The notes: generated from the sequence alone by a model not told the origin. Positions 46,501-53,525 are shown, counted from the first letter of the stretch. The stretch is DNA of 60,670 bases from a bacterium (GCA_020850775.1 JADZEA010000103.1:1-60670); one strand, 5' to 3'. Numbers and translations: made by a program.

Positions 46501-46504
46501 TCAT
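40550..46504 (-). CDS. 1,984-aa T9SS-secreted multi-domain surface protein (FN3/Ig-like modules, internal ~410-aa duplication)
   Basis: Signal peptide MKNYLKVKGISALLFTAVFSINVGAQ. Thr/Asn/Gly-rich beta modules. FN3-like TWVNPT.NADGT...Y.V.A.D..GN. T9SS CTD at the end: NYPNPFNPNTKIKFGI...SGIYFARLEAGSFVKTQKMVLLK. Confidence 0.85.
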   Translation of the reverse strand: MKNYLKVKGISALLFTAVFSINVGAQVLDLTTTYVGGNGQSGNMFDVTTLNQVVITGFDCNLAIGTQTIEIYYKTGTIVGFDTTLAAWTLIATTTATATAANAPTPLPVNLNLALQPGQTYGFYITSTAQGTMMNYTNGTAVGNVYVSDTNLQIKEGYGVAYPFAGTFQPRIWNGTIHYTAGPPQNYVVLLAPQTLNGNALPTSNVNYNLTAYNYGALSDSYNLSVSGNTFPTTFWLNGNQITNTGNISAGANLVFNVQVSVPAGTPIGFTDVATVTATSAGDPTVSDFSTVNTLSGDITPPGTASNVACNLNTNGTIDITWVNPTLNADGTVLTDLASINVLRSADNLNFTLLGNVTAPNQTFTDNSPLNGANYYTVAAVDLSGNVGAYATSSQCNVVANSGGPDAFGHVWFSSTGGTIPATFFNIATLGTALGVYGDDNQDALNLPWSFPFYTNSYTSCQVSTNGYITFGAVATPYWNQPIPTVGDPENCIFAFWDDLIVNQGTGEIYYYNDAANNRFVIQWNNVPRLAEQTNLNTFQMILYPNGKIDYNYQTLTSTSLTEATIGIEDSTATDGLQVAYNSPFLQSNLSVVITADAPPFITHTPLGNTTNVTNPYTVTAQIFDSGTVISADLFWRINSTGTYTQVPMTNTTGINYTAQIPAQTNGTYVEYYLVAIDDSSDVTTHPTNAPTNVHSFVISLTLPPDNLVATSNVDLAVPLTWQIPNVVAPQFKQNQNIFAYTSNGNVPFGFNNASGNVATKFFLAQNKGLETVEITFLEGVKTNYTVSLYGFGAGEKPGKLLGILGKGVTSGKNETIKFSLKEAVRLSNGKFFVVLTQEDENLVSLASEVQSEIPANTFFVSGKNTDNWQSFESLNLAFIPQIKILTKETSAFARFNGIAEKISNSPKADKLEKGKNIASYVVKNAQKINVKPISLNDFLKKALPNGKNNTNQIATLGLNSYKIYRSTLASNLIPPTATYQINQTTSPLIISYLDNDPVLANGTEYFYVVTSIFVDNVSGQIVESLPSNIASATPNDVLAPASPTGLTSTLNTGNGVDLTWVNPTTNADGTPLNDLASIKVYRGASAFGTPVLLTTLSSSNQTYTDGNPANGANFYFVTALDVEGNESALSASSQTNVVAASGGPDLYGHTWVSSLNGAVSFSFVDVSTNPASQNQNLTDDSFSQVTLPWAFPLYNDTFTTMFIGSNGYVNFDAGSSSLGGPGGLAFPNAQQPNGMISIFWDDLNPGSGGQVWYYADPNLPRVIIQWNQVPAFGGSVPMTMEIILWQDGTIEFQYLDIDENDATFCSVGIENLAATDGLQVINDDVFLQDQLAVWFTSEDNFPPSVVNLTNQNDTDIHNQNFPVWAKVTDTLSGVQADSVELFWKLASNTTWNNVPMTAAANDSFYAQIPAPNAFDVVIEYFISATDSDTGENTAYFPYNPTNGTGTPYSFEIRLIPPGTLNAESLVPNHIPLAWGQPGENGIEIKYDDGTSEFQSILPNSPPGINSPGPAIFISKFDIATQTQISGNAQLNSAKVFIDNGALPASTYKVKIYGWDTVTNVPGALLTELGPFTQTTSGSFVNFDFVNPVTGIGFAIGSGAFGIGVEQIGSDPISLGGDTSLNPPYVFNVNTHFIQGTGGNWAPIETLAPIYGQIIPMIRCFVEPLAVVAPVVNSPKAEIFGKKLSKGGNEINLNPSWNIVSYKLYKLNGAALNSEEVVTNGSVIFTGTTQNYDDFSVTNPNQYSYAATVVYDVNGTNLESHPGNLVVATPGIATGTPNIVANEVNFGVILVTQPSAANLVVKNTGTGILSISGMTFGTTNPLNAQFTNQPTFPLTVGVGDSVLVELTVFPMSIGNLTSTLEIANNTTATPNYVVNLIADVTDAIENGENEIPKAFSLEQNYPNPFNPNTKIKFGIPARAFVKLTIYNALGQVVKSLVNGNLEAAYHVFEWNGTDAKGRSVASGIYFARLEAGSFVKTQKMVLLK
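42140..43393 (-). repeat. Internal protein-module repeat, copy 2 (aa ~1038-1455)
   Basis: LAPASPTGLTSTLNTGNGVDLTWVNPTTNADGTPLNDLASIKVYR...NGANFYFVTALDVEGN...ASGGPDLYGHTWVSS...LPWAFPLY...GSNGYVNF...SIFWDDL...IQWNQVP...VGIENLAATDGLQV...VELFWKL...VPMT...FYAQIPAP...EYFISATDS. Colinear with copy 1. Confidence 0.7.
44390..45613 (-). repeat. Internal protein-module repeat, copy 1 (aa ~298-705 of the surface protein)
   Basis: ITPPGTASNVACNLNTNGTIDITWVNPTLNADGTVLTDLASINVLR...NGANYYTVAAVDLSGN...NSGGPDAFGHVWFSS...LPWSFPFY...STNGYITF...FAFWDDL...IQWNNVP...IGIEDSTATDGLQV...ADLFWRI...VPMT...YTAQIPAQ...EYYLVAIDD. Confidence 0.7.
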
Positions 46505-46545
46505 TTTTTTTACCTCAATTATTTTTTTAAAAATTTAAAGTTAAA

Positions 46546-48021
46546 TTACAAAACATTTTTACTTGAGTGGAAGTTTTTATTTCCAATTCCGACGTTTACG
46601 TTTCTAAATCTTGTCGGAGAACTTCCGTGAGACATTTCGGCAATTTGCATTGGCTGACCTTTTCCGCAGTTGTGAACGCCCCAAAGTGTCCAGTAATTTT
46701 CGTTACAAATTGCATCACAGGAATTCCAAAACTCAGGTGTAATTCCCTGGTAAGAACAGTTTTTCAGCATCGCACCTTTTTTACCGTTTTTGATTTCCCA
46801 ACCGATTTCAGTCCCGAACTCAAAATTCAGCCTCCACTGGTCAATGCTCCAGCACTTGTTTGTTTCCATAAAAATCCCTTCTTCCGTGTCTGAAACTAAG
46901 TTTTCAAATTCCCAATCTCCCGGCATTAAACTAAGGTTTGTAATCCTGACGATTGGAATGTTGCTCCAACCTTGAGCACGATTGTTTCCGCTGGATTCTT
47001 CGGCACCGATTTCGTGAGCTGTTTCTCTGTTGAACTGGTAACCAACTAAAATTCCGTCTTTTACCAAATGCCAACGTTTAGCACGAACTCCGTCGTCGTC
47101 GTAACCGATTGTAGCAAGCCCGTTTGGAACTGTTGAATCACAAACTAAATTTACAATTTCCGAACCGTAGCGAAAGTTGTTCAGTTTTTCGGTTGTCGCA
47201 AAACTCATTCCTGCGTAGTTTGCTTCCATTCCCAAAACTCTGTCAAGTTCCGTAGCGTGTCCGACAGATTCGTGGATTTGCAAAGCCATTTGGGTGCCGT
47301 CAAGAATTACATCTTTTTTACCTTCCGGACATTCTTTTGCTGTTAAAAGTGCGATTGCTTCTTCGCGGACACGTTCAGCATTTTCCAAAAGCGAAAGCCC
47401 CGGAATCAGTTCGTAACCCATTGACATAAATTGTCCGCGGAAAGAATTTGGGAAAGAGCGAATTTGAACGTCGTTGTTTCCGATTGCAGTTGCAGAGTAA
47501 CCGACGCCGCTACGCATTAATTTTTGGTCAATAAAAGTTCCTTCCGAAGTTGCAAGCCACTGATGTTCACAAGTAAAATCCATTCCGATAACAGTTCGTT
47601 TAATCAGTTCTGACTTTCGTAAAACTTCGTCAATTTTGTGCATCAAAGCGAGTTTTTCATAAATCGGAACTGTAAAAGGGTCAATCAAAAAAGGAGTTTG
47701 CCATTTTTCGTTGTAAACAGGTTCTTTGACGAGTTTTACGTTTTGTTTTTTTAGTAGTGAGCTTGCTTTTGCGATTTTTACGGCAAGCGTAGAAATTCTT
47801 TGGATTTCTTCGTTTGTAAGAAGGTTAGAGCTTGCAAATCCCCAGGAACCGTTTGCAATCACTCTAACTCCAAAACCAATATTTTCGCTTGAGCTTGTTT
47901 CAGTAACTTTTCCTGTAGTAATTTCAAGCCCTTCATTTTTTGTCAAAATAATTCTGATGTCTGCGTAAGTTGCACCGAGTTTTGTCGCTGTGTCAAGTGC
48001 AAGTTGTGTGTAGTGTTTCAT
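46546..48021 (-). CDS. tldD: TldD metalloprotease
   Basis: HESVGHATELD metal-binding motif. TldD-type N-terminus MKHYTQLALDTATKLGATYADIRI. I placed the start at ATG 48021; the track ORF extends 23 codons further and overlaps the upstream gene. Confidence 0.9.
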   Translation of the reverse strand: MKHYTQLALDTATKLGATYADIRIILTKNEGLEITTGKVTETSSSENIGFGVRVIANGSWGFASSNLLTNEEIQRISTLAVKIAKASSLLKKQNVKLVKEPVYNEKWQTPFLIDPFTVPIYEKLALMHKIDEVLRKSELIKRTVIGMDFTCEHQWLATSEGTFIDQKLMRSGVGYSATAIGNNDVQIRSFPNSFRGQFMSMGYELIPGLSLLENAERVREEAIALLTAKECPEGKKDVILDGTQMALQIHESVGHATELDRVLGMEANYAGMSFATTEKLNNFRYGSEIVNLVCDSTVPNGLATIGYDDDGVRAKRWHLVKDGILVGYQFNRETAHEIGAEESSGNNRAQGWSNIPIVRITNLSLMPGDWEFENLVSDTEEGIFMETNKCWSIDQWRLNFEFGTEIGWEIKNGKKGAMLKNCSYQGITPEFWNSCDAICNENYWTLWGVHNCGKGQPMQIAEMSHGSSPTRFRNVNVGIGNKNFHSSKNVL

Positions 48022-48035
48022 TTTAAAAAAACTTC

Positions 48036-48674
48036 CTAAAGTATGATTTTTTTTTGAGCTAAAGCTAATTTCAAATTTTCCGCAAAACAATAAAAAGACT
48101 TTTTTACGTTGTAAAAATTTTGTGTTGGAAAACCGTCTGCAACAAGACCAAGCATAATTTTTGTGTTTTTTTCTCCGCTTCCGGCAAACTTGATTTTGCC
48201 GATTTCGTCAAGTTTTTCCAAGTAAGACTCTGACGATAAAACTTGTTCAAGTTTCTTTTGTGAAGAAGTTTCAATTTCACTAAGTTTATTTGAAAGTTCT
48301 TTTTTGTTTGCACAACACCAATTTTCAATTGCACTGCAAGGTATCATTTCTGCGAATCTGTTTTTTATGTTTTTTCTAATTTTTAGAATAATTTTATTGT
48401 TTGTTATGAAAATTTGAAAATTATTGAATTTTTCATCTGCATCAATGTGAAAGCAAAAAATACAATCTTTTTCTGTCTTTAAAGTTGCTAAAGCATACTG
48501 AATGAAATCATTGAGTTTAGTTTGATTAAAGATGTCGGAACCTAAAACATCTTTAAAAATTTCTTCAAACTCTGCCTGTTCCTGCCCTAAAAATTCTAAA
48601 GCAAGTTCAATAAATTTTTGTGTAACTTTTTGAGATGTTTTATCTTCTGTAAAAAAATAAATTTTCAATTCCAA
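48036..48674 (-). CDS. Small (~210 aa) protein, TOPRIM-like/DUF4276-like candidate nuclease partner of the upstream ATPase
   Basis: TTG starts at 48674 or 48668; the latter has GGAG 7 nt upstream and overlaps the ATPase TGA as TTGA. N-terminal strand plus acidic residues KIYFFTEDKT, later CIFCFHIDADE (DxD-like), then IPCSAIENW and a C-terminal KKSFYCFAENL. The family assignment is from memory of the pattern, not a search. Confidence 0.5.
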   Translation of the reverse strand: MELKIYFFTEDKTSQKVTQKFIELALEFLGQEQAEFEEIFKDVLGSDIFNQTKLNDFIQYALATLKTEKDCIFCFHIDADEKFNNFQIFITNNKIILKIRKNIKNRFAEMIPCSAIENWCCANKKELSNKLSEIETSSQKKLEQVLSSESYLEKLDEIGKIKFAGSGEKNTKIMLGLVADGFPTQNFYNVKKSFYCFAENLKLALAQKKIIL

Positions 48675-49915
48675 ACTCCGTCATAAAACAGAACATTAGC
48701 TAAAGAAATAATTTCAGTTTCAACCTTTTTAAAAACTTTTTCTAAATCTTTTCCTTTCAAATTTGAGAAAGCAAGTTTTTCGTTTGTACCAATTTTACAA
48801 AGCACAACCGATTTACCGAGTTCTTCCATTGAAACATATTTTAAATTATTGATAATATTATGGCTATGAGTAGTGATGAAAGCCTGTTTTTTTTGCTCGT
48901 AAATTTTCTTCAACAAATCTTCAACCATTTTAGGATGAAAGCCATTTTCAATTTCATCAATCAAAGGGATTTCGTTAAGCTCAACCTTGCTCAACAAGTA
49001 AACAAAGCGTTTTTGTCCCCAGGTCAGAACGTTATCAATTTTAATTTCCCTTTCTTTTTTTAAAAAAATACATTTTCCATCTCTAAATTTTCTGGATTTC
49101 ATAGAAATTTGGCTGCTACCAAAACTAATTTTGTAACTATCAAAAAATGGATAATCTTTACTAATTTTTTCTAAAAAGGAACTTTTAAATTCTAATTTAA
49201 GATTGAGAGGTTCTCTAAAATCTTTTGGCGGTCCTTGTTTATTAATAAAATCAGTTAAATCTTTAAGAATAATAAAACTAAATTCATTCATTTCTGCCTG
49301 GTTTTCTGTACCAGACCATTTTTCTTGTAATAAATTATTTTCAAAAGGAATGCTTCCTTTTTCAAAAAAATAAATAGTGAATGTTTTAATATTTTTCTCA
49401 AATAACAACTTTGTTTCAGAATTGTCTTCAACACCTCTTCCACAAAATTGCGGGAATTTTAAAAATTTCAATTGAGCAAAAACCTCATTGCTCAAATCTC
49501 TTAAAATATTTTGCAAATTAAAATCAATGCCTAAAGCAATCACGTTACCAACTAAATTTTCTCCATTTTTTAAAATCTTAAAGTTTTGTCCATTTTTTTC
49601 AATTGAAATTTTATCGTTTTCAATAGTGAAATTAATTGAAAAATCTAATTTCTCTCTCTTTGCCATAAAATTAGCTTCAAAATTTCCATTTTCCAACTCC
49701 CCTTTTGTCCTAAAATGAAAATCATTTTTTTCTTTCAGTTCATTAAAATTAAACGAAACACAAGCCTGCAAAATTTTTAGCAAAGTAGTTTTTCCACCAC
49801 CGTTTGGACCAATCAGTAAATTTATTCCTTCACCAAATTTTAACTTTTGGTTAACGATGATTTCATCTCCGTAATCGTTTGTAAAATTAATAATTTCAAG
49901 TTCTTCTAAAAACAT
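48665..49915 (-). CDS. ABC/SMC-type ATPase of the AAA_21/OLD-like class (no transmembrane or nuclease domain)
   Basis: Walker A LIGPNGGGKTTLL, long insertion, signature-like LTWGQKRFVYLL, Walker B IPLIDEIENGFHP, H-loop FITTHSHNI. ATG 49915 lies 4 nt after the pmbA stop and is preceded by AGGTAAGGG. Confidence 0.8.
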   Translation of the reverse strand: MFLEELEIINFTNDYGDEIIVNQKLKFGEGINLLIGPNGGGKTTLLKILQACVSFNFNELKEKNDFHFRTKGELENGNFEANFMAKREKLDFSINFTIENDKISIEKNGQNFKILKNGENLVGNVIALGIDFNLQNILRDLSNEVFAQLKFLKFPQFCGRGVEDNSETKLLFEKNIKTFTIYFFEKGSIPFENNLLQEKWSGTENQAEMNEFSFIILKDLTDFINKQGPPKDFREPLNLKLEFKSSFLEKISKDYPFFDSYKISFGSSQISMKSRKFRDGKCIFLKKEREIKIDNVLTWGQKRFVYLLSKVELNEIPLIDEIENGFHPKMVEDLLKKIYEQKKQAFITTHSHNIINNLKYVSMEELGKSVVLCKIGTNEKLAFSNLKGKDLEKVFKKVETEIISLANVLFYDGVWN

Positions 49916-49919
49916 TCCC

Positions 49920-51251
49920 TTACCTTTCAGTTTTGCTTGAAAAATGAAAATTTTTTACCTTGGCAGCAGGACAAACTAAACTTCCGTTTGCAAAAAAAAC
50001 TTCCTTTGACAAAAGCTCTACATTGTTCAAAACCCTGACCATACTGTCGGTAAAACGTAAATTTTTTACAGGTTTTGTGATTTTTCCGTTTTCTACAAGC
50101 CAAAGTCCGTCTCTTGTCATTCCTGTCAAAATCAAATTAAAATGGTCAAGCGTGTTCGTGTAGTGAAAATGAGTTACCAAAAGCCCGCGTTCCGTTGTCT
50201 CAATCATTTCCTGCAAACTTGAATTTCCACCATAAAATTTAACACTCGTTGGAAAAGGTCCCGCATTGTTTGGAAAAGGCAAAGCGTGTCCTGTTGACTT
50301 CGTTTGCATTTTTTGGGCGGTGTAACGGTCCTGAACCATCTCTTTTGCAACGCCTTTTTCAACTAATTTTACAGTTTTTTTAGGCATTCCTTCAAAATCA
50401 AAAGAAGTTCCCGGAAAAATTTCATCGTAAGGGTCTTCAAAAACCGTAACGTTTTCACCAAAAATTTTTTCTCCGAGTTTCCCACTCAAAAAACTTCTGT
50501 TTTCAAGAAAAGCCAAAGTTCCAAAAGCATTCCAGTTCAAGTAGCCTAAAATGTTTGCAAAAGCTGTTGGCTCAAGAATCACGTCGTAATCGCCTGCGTC
50601 AATGCTTTGCGGGTTTTGGCTACTCAAACATTTTTGAATTGCCGTTTCAGTTGTTTCCTGTAGTTTAATTTTTGAAACATCGTGAGCAGTTGAGTTTGCC
50701 CAACCGTAACTCGTTTCGGAATTAGTCGTCAGAGAAAATTCTGCGTTGGTTTTGTTGTGAAAGGCAAAGACGCCGTTTGAGTTTGCAACGCCAAAATTTG
50801 TGCTTGTTGTGGAAAAAATTCCCGCTGCCTGCAAACCTTTTGCTTGTGTTTTTCCAACTGAAAAAGCAATTGCTTCAGCACGTTCTTCCGGTGAAAAAGT
50901 CGCTGTGTTTTTGTAAAAAGAATGCGGAATTTTTTGGTAAACCTGTTTTTGCGGAAGTGGTAAAAAATCATCGTGTTCTTTTGAAAGCTCTAAAATTTCC
51001 ATCCCTTTTTTAATTGCAGTTTGGATTGTCTGGTCGTCAAAAGAATTTACGTCAACACGATTTGTTTTGCCATTTTTCACGAGTAAAATTGAAACCGAAT
51101 CACTTTTTTTTACAACATTTTGAGTAATAAAGTTGTTAGAAAACCTTGTTAGTGAATTTTCAAAATTTAAGTAAGAAATTTCTGTTTCTTCAGCGGGAGA
51201 ATTTTTTTTGATTTTTTCAGCTAACTCTGAAAATTTTTCTTCTGTAAGCAT
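49920..51251 (-). CDS. pmbA: PmbA/TldE, the TldD-partner protease subunit
   Basis: TldD/PmbA-family layout without the HExxxH motif. Conserved C-terminal block GLLVTHFHYTNTLD...TGMTRDGLWLVENGKI...NLRF. Confidence 0.85.
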   Translation of the reverse strand: MLTEEKFSELAEKIKKNSPAEETEISYLNFENSLTRFSNNFITQNVVKKSDSVSILLVKNGKTNRVDVNSFDDQTIQTAIKKGMEILELSKEHDDFLPLPQKQVYQKIPHSFYKNTATFSPEERAEAIAFSVGKTQAKGLQAAGIFSTTSTNFGVANSNGVFAFHNKTNAEFSLTTNSETSYGWANSTAHDVSKIKLQETTETAIQKCLSSQNPQSIDAGDYDVILEPTAFANILGYLNWNAFGTLAFLENRSFLSGKLGEKIFGENVTVFEDPYDEIFPGTSFDFEGMPKKTVKLVEKGVAKEMVQDRYTAQKMQTKSTGHALPFPNNAGPFPTSVKFYGGNSSLQEMIETTERGLLVTHFHYTNTLDHFNLILTGMTRDGLWLVENGKITKPVKNLRFTDSMVRVLNNVELLSKEVFFANGSLVCPAAKVKNFHFSSKTER

Positions 51252-51353
51252 TTTTTTATCCTTTCAAAGTGATAAAGAATTTACAAGCATTTTTCAGAAA
51301 ATCCATCCCAAAAAATCAACTTATTTTTTAAATTTTTTCAGCCCAGCCACCAA

Positions 51354-51553
51354 CTAAAAGATACTTAACTTTGTGATTTTTTTAGAGAATTCAAAAAGTC
51401 TTCCGGTAGTTGCTTCAATACCATAAAAACACTCTCTCAAGTAAGTAATCATTCTCAATTTTTCCTCAATCGTTGCTTTTTTCCAATAATTTAGTCTTCA
51501 TCCTGCAAAATTTTTTCTTTCGAAAAGCTAACAAATTTTCTGTCTAATTTCAT
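51354..51553 (-). pseudogene. Frameshifted small gene (SF..E...YW..T.EE(K/R)L...LR family of ~70-aa proteins)
   Basis: ATG 51553: MKLDRKFVSFSKEKILQDED* then, in another frame, NYWKKATIEEKLRMITYLRECFYGIEATTGRLFEFSKKITKLSIF* (TAG 51354-51356). The two pieces together resemble one small conserved protein. Weak call. Confidence 0.3.
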
Positions 51554-51562
51554 TTTAAAATC

Positions 51563-52477
51563 TCAATTAAGTAAAAGACTTCCAACTAAATCACTTAAAT
51601 TAATTTTGTTTTCACTCAAATAATTTTCAATCCCGCAAAGAATTTCAAGCGGAGCGTTTGGATTGATAAAATTTGCAGTTCCAACCTGAACAGCACTCGC
51701 TCCAACAATCAAAAATTCAACTGCGTCTTCCCAAGTCAAAATTCCACCAATCCCGATGACCGGAATTTTAACAATTTTTGCGACTTCCCAAACTTTTGCA
51801 AGTGCAACGGGTTTGATTGCAGGTCCCGAAAGACCGCCTGTAATATTTTTAATTTTTGGTTTGCGTGTTTGAACGTCAACTGCCATCCCGACAAGCGTGT
51901 TGATTAACGAAACTGAACTCGCACCGGCATTTTCACAAGCGATTGCAATTTCTGAAACAGAAGTAACGTTTGGAGTGAGTTTTGCGATTAATGGGCGTTC
52001 CGATTTTATCACTTTTCGGATTGCGGAAACCATCTCAAAAGCAAATTTCGGGTCTGTTGAGTAGCGGATTCCACCTTTTACGTTTGGGCAGGAAAGGTTA
52101 ATCTCGTAAGCTGCGATGCCTTTTTGTTCCTCAAGAATTTCAGTAACTTCCACGTACTCTTCAAGAGTTGAACCGACAATGTTTGCAACAACAGAAGTTT
52201 TTAAATTTTGCAAAAAAGGTAATTTTTCGCTTACAAATTTTTCAACTCCAACGTTTGCCAAACCAATTGCGTTAATCATTCCTGAAGCAGTTTCAACGAC
52301 TCTTTCGGGTGGATTTCCTTTTCTTTCGTAACGGGAAACGGATTTTGTAACGATTCCGCCGAGAAGTGAAACGTCGTAAATTCTGTTAAATTCATTTCCG
52401 TAGCCAAAAGTTCCGCTTGCGGTCAGAACGGGATTTTTCAGGGTTAGCCCGCCAATTTTTACTCGTAAATCAAGCAT
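51563..52477 (-). CDS. pyrD: Dihydroorotate dehydrogenase, class 1 (Cys active-site base)
   Basis: EINLSCPNVKGG, GGLSGPAIKPVAL, IGIGGILTWEDAVEFL. Start moved to ATG 52477 (MLDLRVKIGGLTLKNPV). Confidence 0.9.
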   Translation of the reverse strand: MLDLRVKIGGLTLKNPVLTASGTFGYGNEFNRIYDVSLLGGIVTKSVSRYERKGNPPERVVETASGMINAIGLANVGVEKFVSEKLPFLQNLKTSVVANIVGSTLEEYVEVTEILEEQKGIAAYEINLSCPNVKGGIRYSTDPKFAFEMVSAIRKVIKSERPLIAKLTPNVTSVSEIAIACENAGASSVSLINTLVGMAVDVQTRKPKIKNITGGLSGPAIKPVALAKVWEVAKIVKIPVIGIGGILTWEDAVEFLIVGASAVQVGTANFINPNAPLEILCGIENYLSENKINLSDLVGSLLLN

Positions 52478-52519
52478 TTTCACTCCAAATTTTACTTCTG
52501 AATTTAACAGCAAGTCAGC

Positions 52520-53206
52520 CTAAAAAAACTTAGTTTTTTGGTAAGTTGCAGATTTTGAGTGAAAAGCATTTTCTCTTGTAATCCATTTTTTGGGTTCAAA
52601 GTTTGAGCTTAACAAATCCCGTAAAATGGAATTTTTTGTGTTAAACTCAATAAAATCAGTTTTCAAGAATGGGAAAATTCGTGTGTAGCCACTAATTTTT
52701 GCAAAGAAAAATTTATCTTTTTCAGGTAAAAAAACTGCTCCTTCAAAACCGTTTTCACCTTCCTGTAAAATTTCACGTTTTTCAAGCATTTTTGCCTGAA
52801 AAATATTGCCGACCTGAATAAAAAAAGGAAAAGAAGTTGCTAAATTAACCTTTTCAAAAAAGTAAGGAGTTGAGAAAAAAGTTCGCTCACAAAATGCAAA
52901 AAAACGGTCAGAGCTAAAGGCATAAATCAGGTAACTACCTTTTAAGATATTATTTTTATGAGAGATAAGAAGTGAATAACTAACTTCACGAAACCTAACA
53001 CCTTTAAACTTCAATTCGGCTGAAATTATTAAAATTTGAGCCTTTCCATCCGGAGTCAGGTCAAGAGTTAAGTTTGTGTTTTCTAATAGTTTTTGCCAAA
53101 AATTTGCGTTTGCCGTTCCAAGCAGGGTTACTTCCTTTACATTTTTTATCTCTGCTACGTAGTTAATTTTTTTAGCCATTTTAAAGAAACCAATCAATTT
53201 TTTCAA
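52520..53206 (-). CDS. Hypothetical protein (228 aa; possibly an acetoacetate-decarboxylase-like/DUF2071-like beta-cone fold)
   Basis: Long ORF directly upstream of pyrD (6-nt gap). The pattern TLLGTANANFWQKLL...ISAELKFKGVRFREVSYSLLI is only vaguely reminiscent of that fold. Alternative start at 53179. Confidence 0.45.
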   Translation of the reverse strand: MKKLIGFFKMAKKINYVAEIKNVKEVTLLGTANANFWQKLLENTNLTLDLTPDGKAQILIISAELKFKGVRFREVSYSLLISHKNNILKGSYLIYAFSSDRFFAFCERTFFSTPYFFEKVNLATSFPFFIQVGNIFQAKMLEKREILQEGENGFEGAVFLPEKDKFFFAKISGYTRIFPFLKTDFIEFNTKNSILRDLLSSNFEPKKWITRENAFHSKSATYQKTKFF

Positions 53207-53286
53207 GTAAAATTAGTAAAAAATTAAGTGGTTTGCTAAGAAATTTTTATTTGAGCAAAAGCATCTTTTTAGTCTCTGAAAAACCA

Positions 53287-53378
53287 TTTAACACACAAAT
53301 TTACAATAAGTAACCCAAAATAATTGTTGCAATTTTTGGTGAAGTTTCATAGCTTTAACCCCAAAAAAACACTTTCTA
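53287..53378. repeat. Intergenic repeat family A, copy 2
   Basis: tttaacacacaaatttacaataa-(indel)-aattgttgcaatttttggtgaagtttcatagctttaaccccaaaaaaacactttct aligns with 33062-33135 (same orientation) and with the reverse complement of 60612-60670. Confidence 0.55.
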
Positions 53379-53491
53379 AATTTTGTAAAATTGGTTTGTG
53401 TAATTTACGAGATGGAAAGGAGTGGTAAGTGTGAATAAAATTTAATCTTAGAGAAAAATGAATAAAAAACAAGAAATTAAAAATGCAGTTG

Positions 53492-53525
53492 TTTGTGTTG
53501 TAGGTGGACAGTTTCACAACACAAA
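53492..53525 (+). promoter_or_regulatory. Perfect 10-bp inverted repeat in the leader region of the giant ORF
   Basis: tttgtgttgt (53492-53501), 14-nt spacer, acaacacaaa (53516-53525). It ends 54 nt before ATG 53579, and no T-run follows. Confidence 0.4.

Noticed and set aside
40550-46504. The visibly higher GC content of the giant T9SS gene, considered as evidence of horizontal transfer.
   Set aside because: The protein is dominated by Gly/Ala/Thr/Pro/Val codons, which raises GC regardless of origin. Composition alone is not evidence here.
48022-48090. A 23-codon N-terminal extension of the tldD ORF in the track (MFCGKFEISFSSKKNHTLGSFFK...).
   Set aside because: It overlaps the end of the upstream 212-aa ORF. 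TldD homologues begin like MKHYTQLALD..., and ATG 48021 has an AGGAAG-type site upstream.
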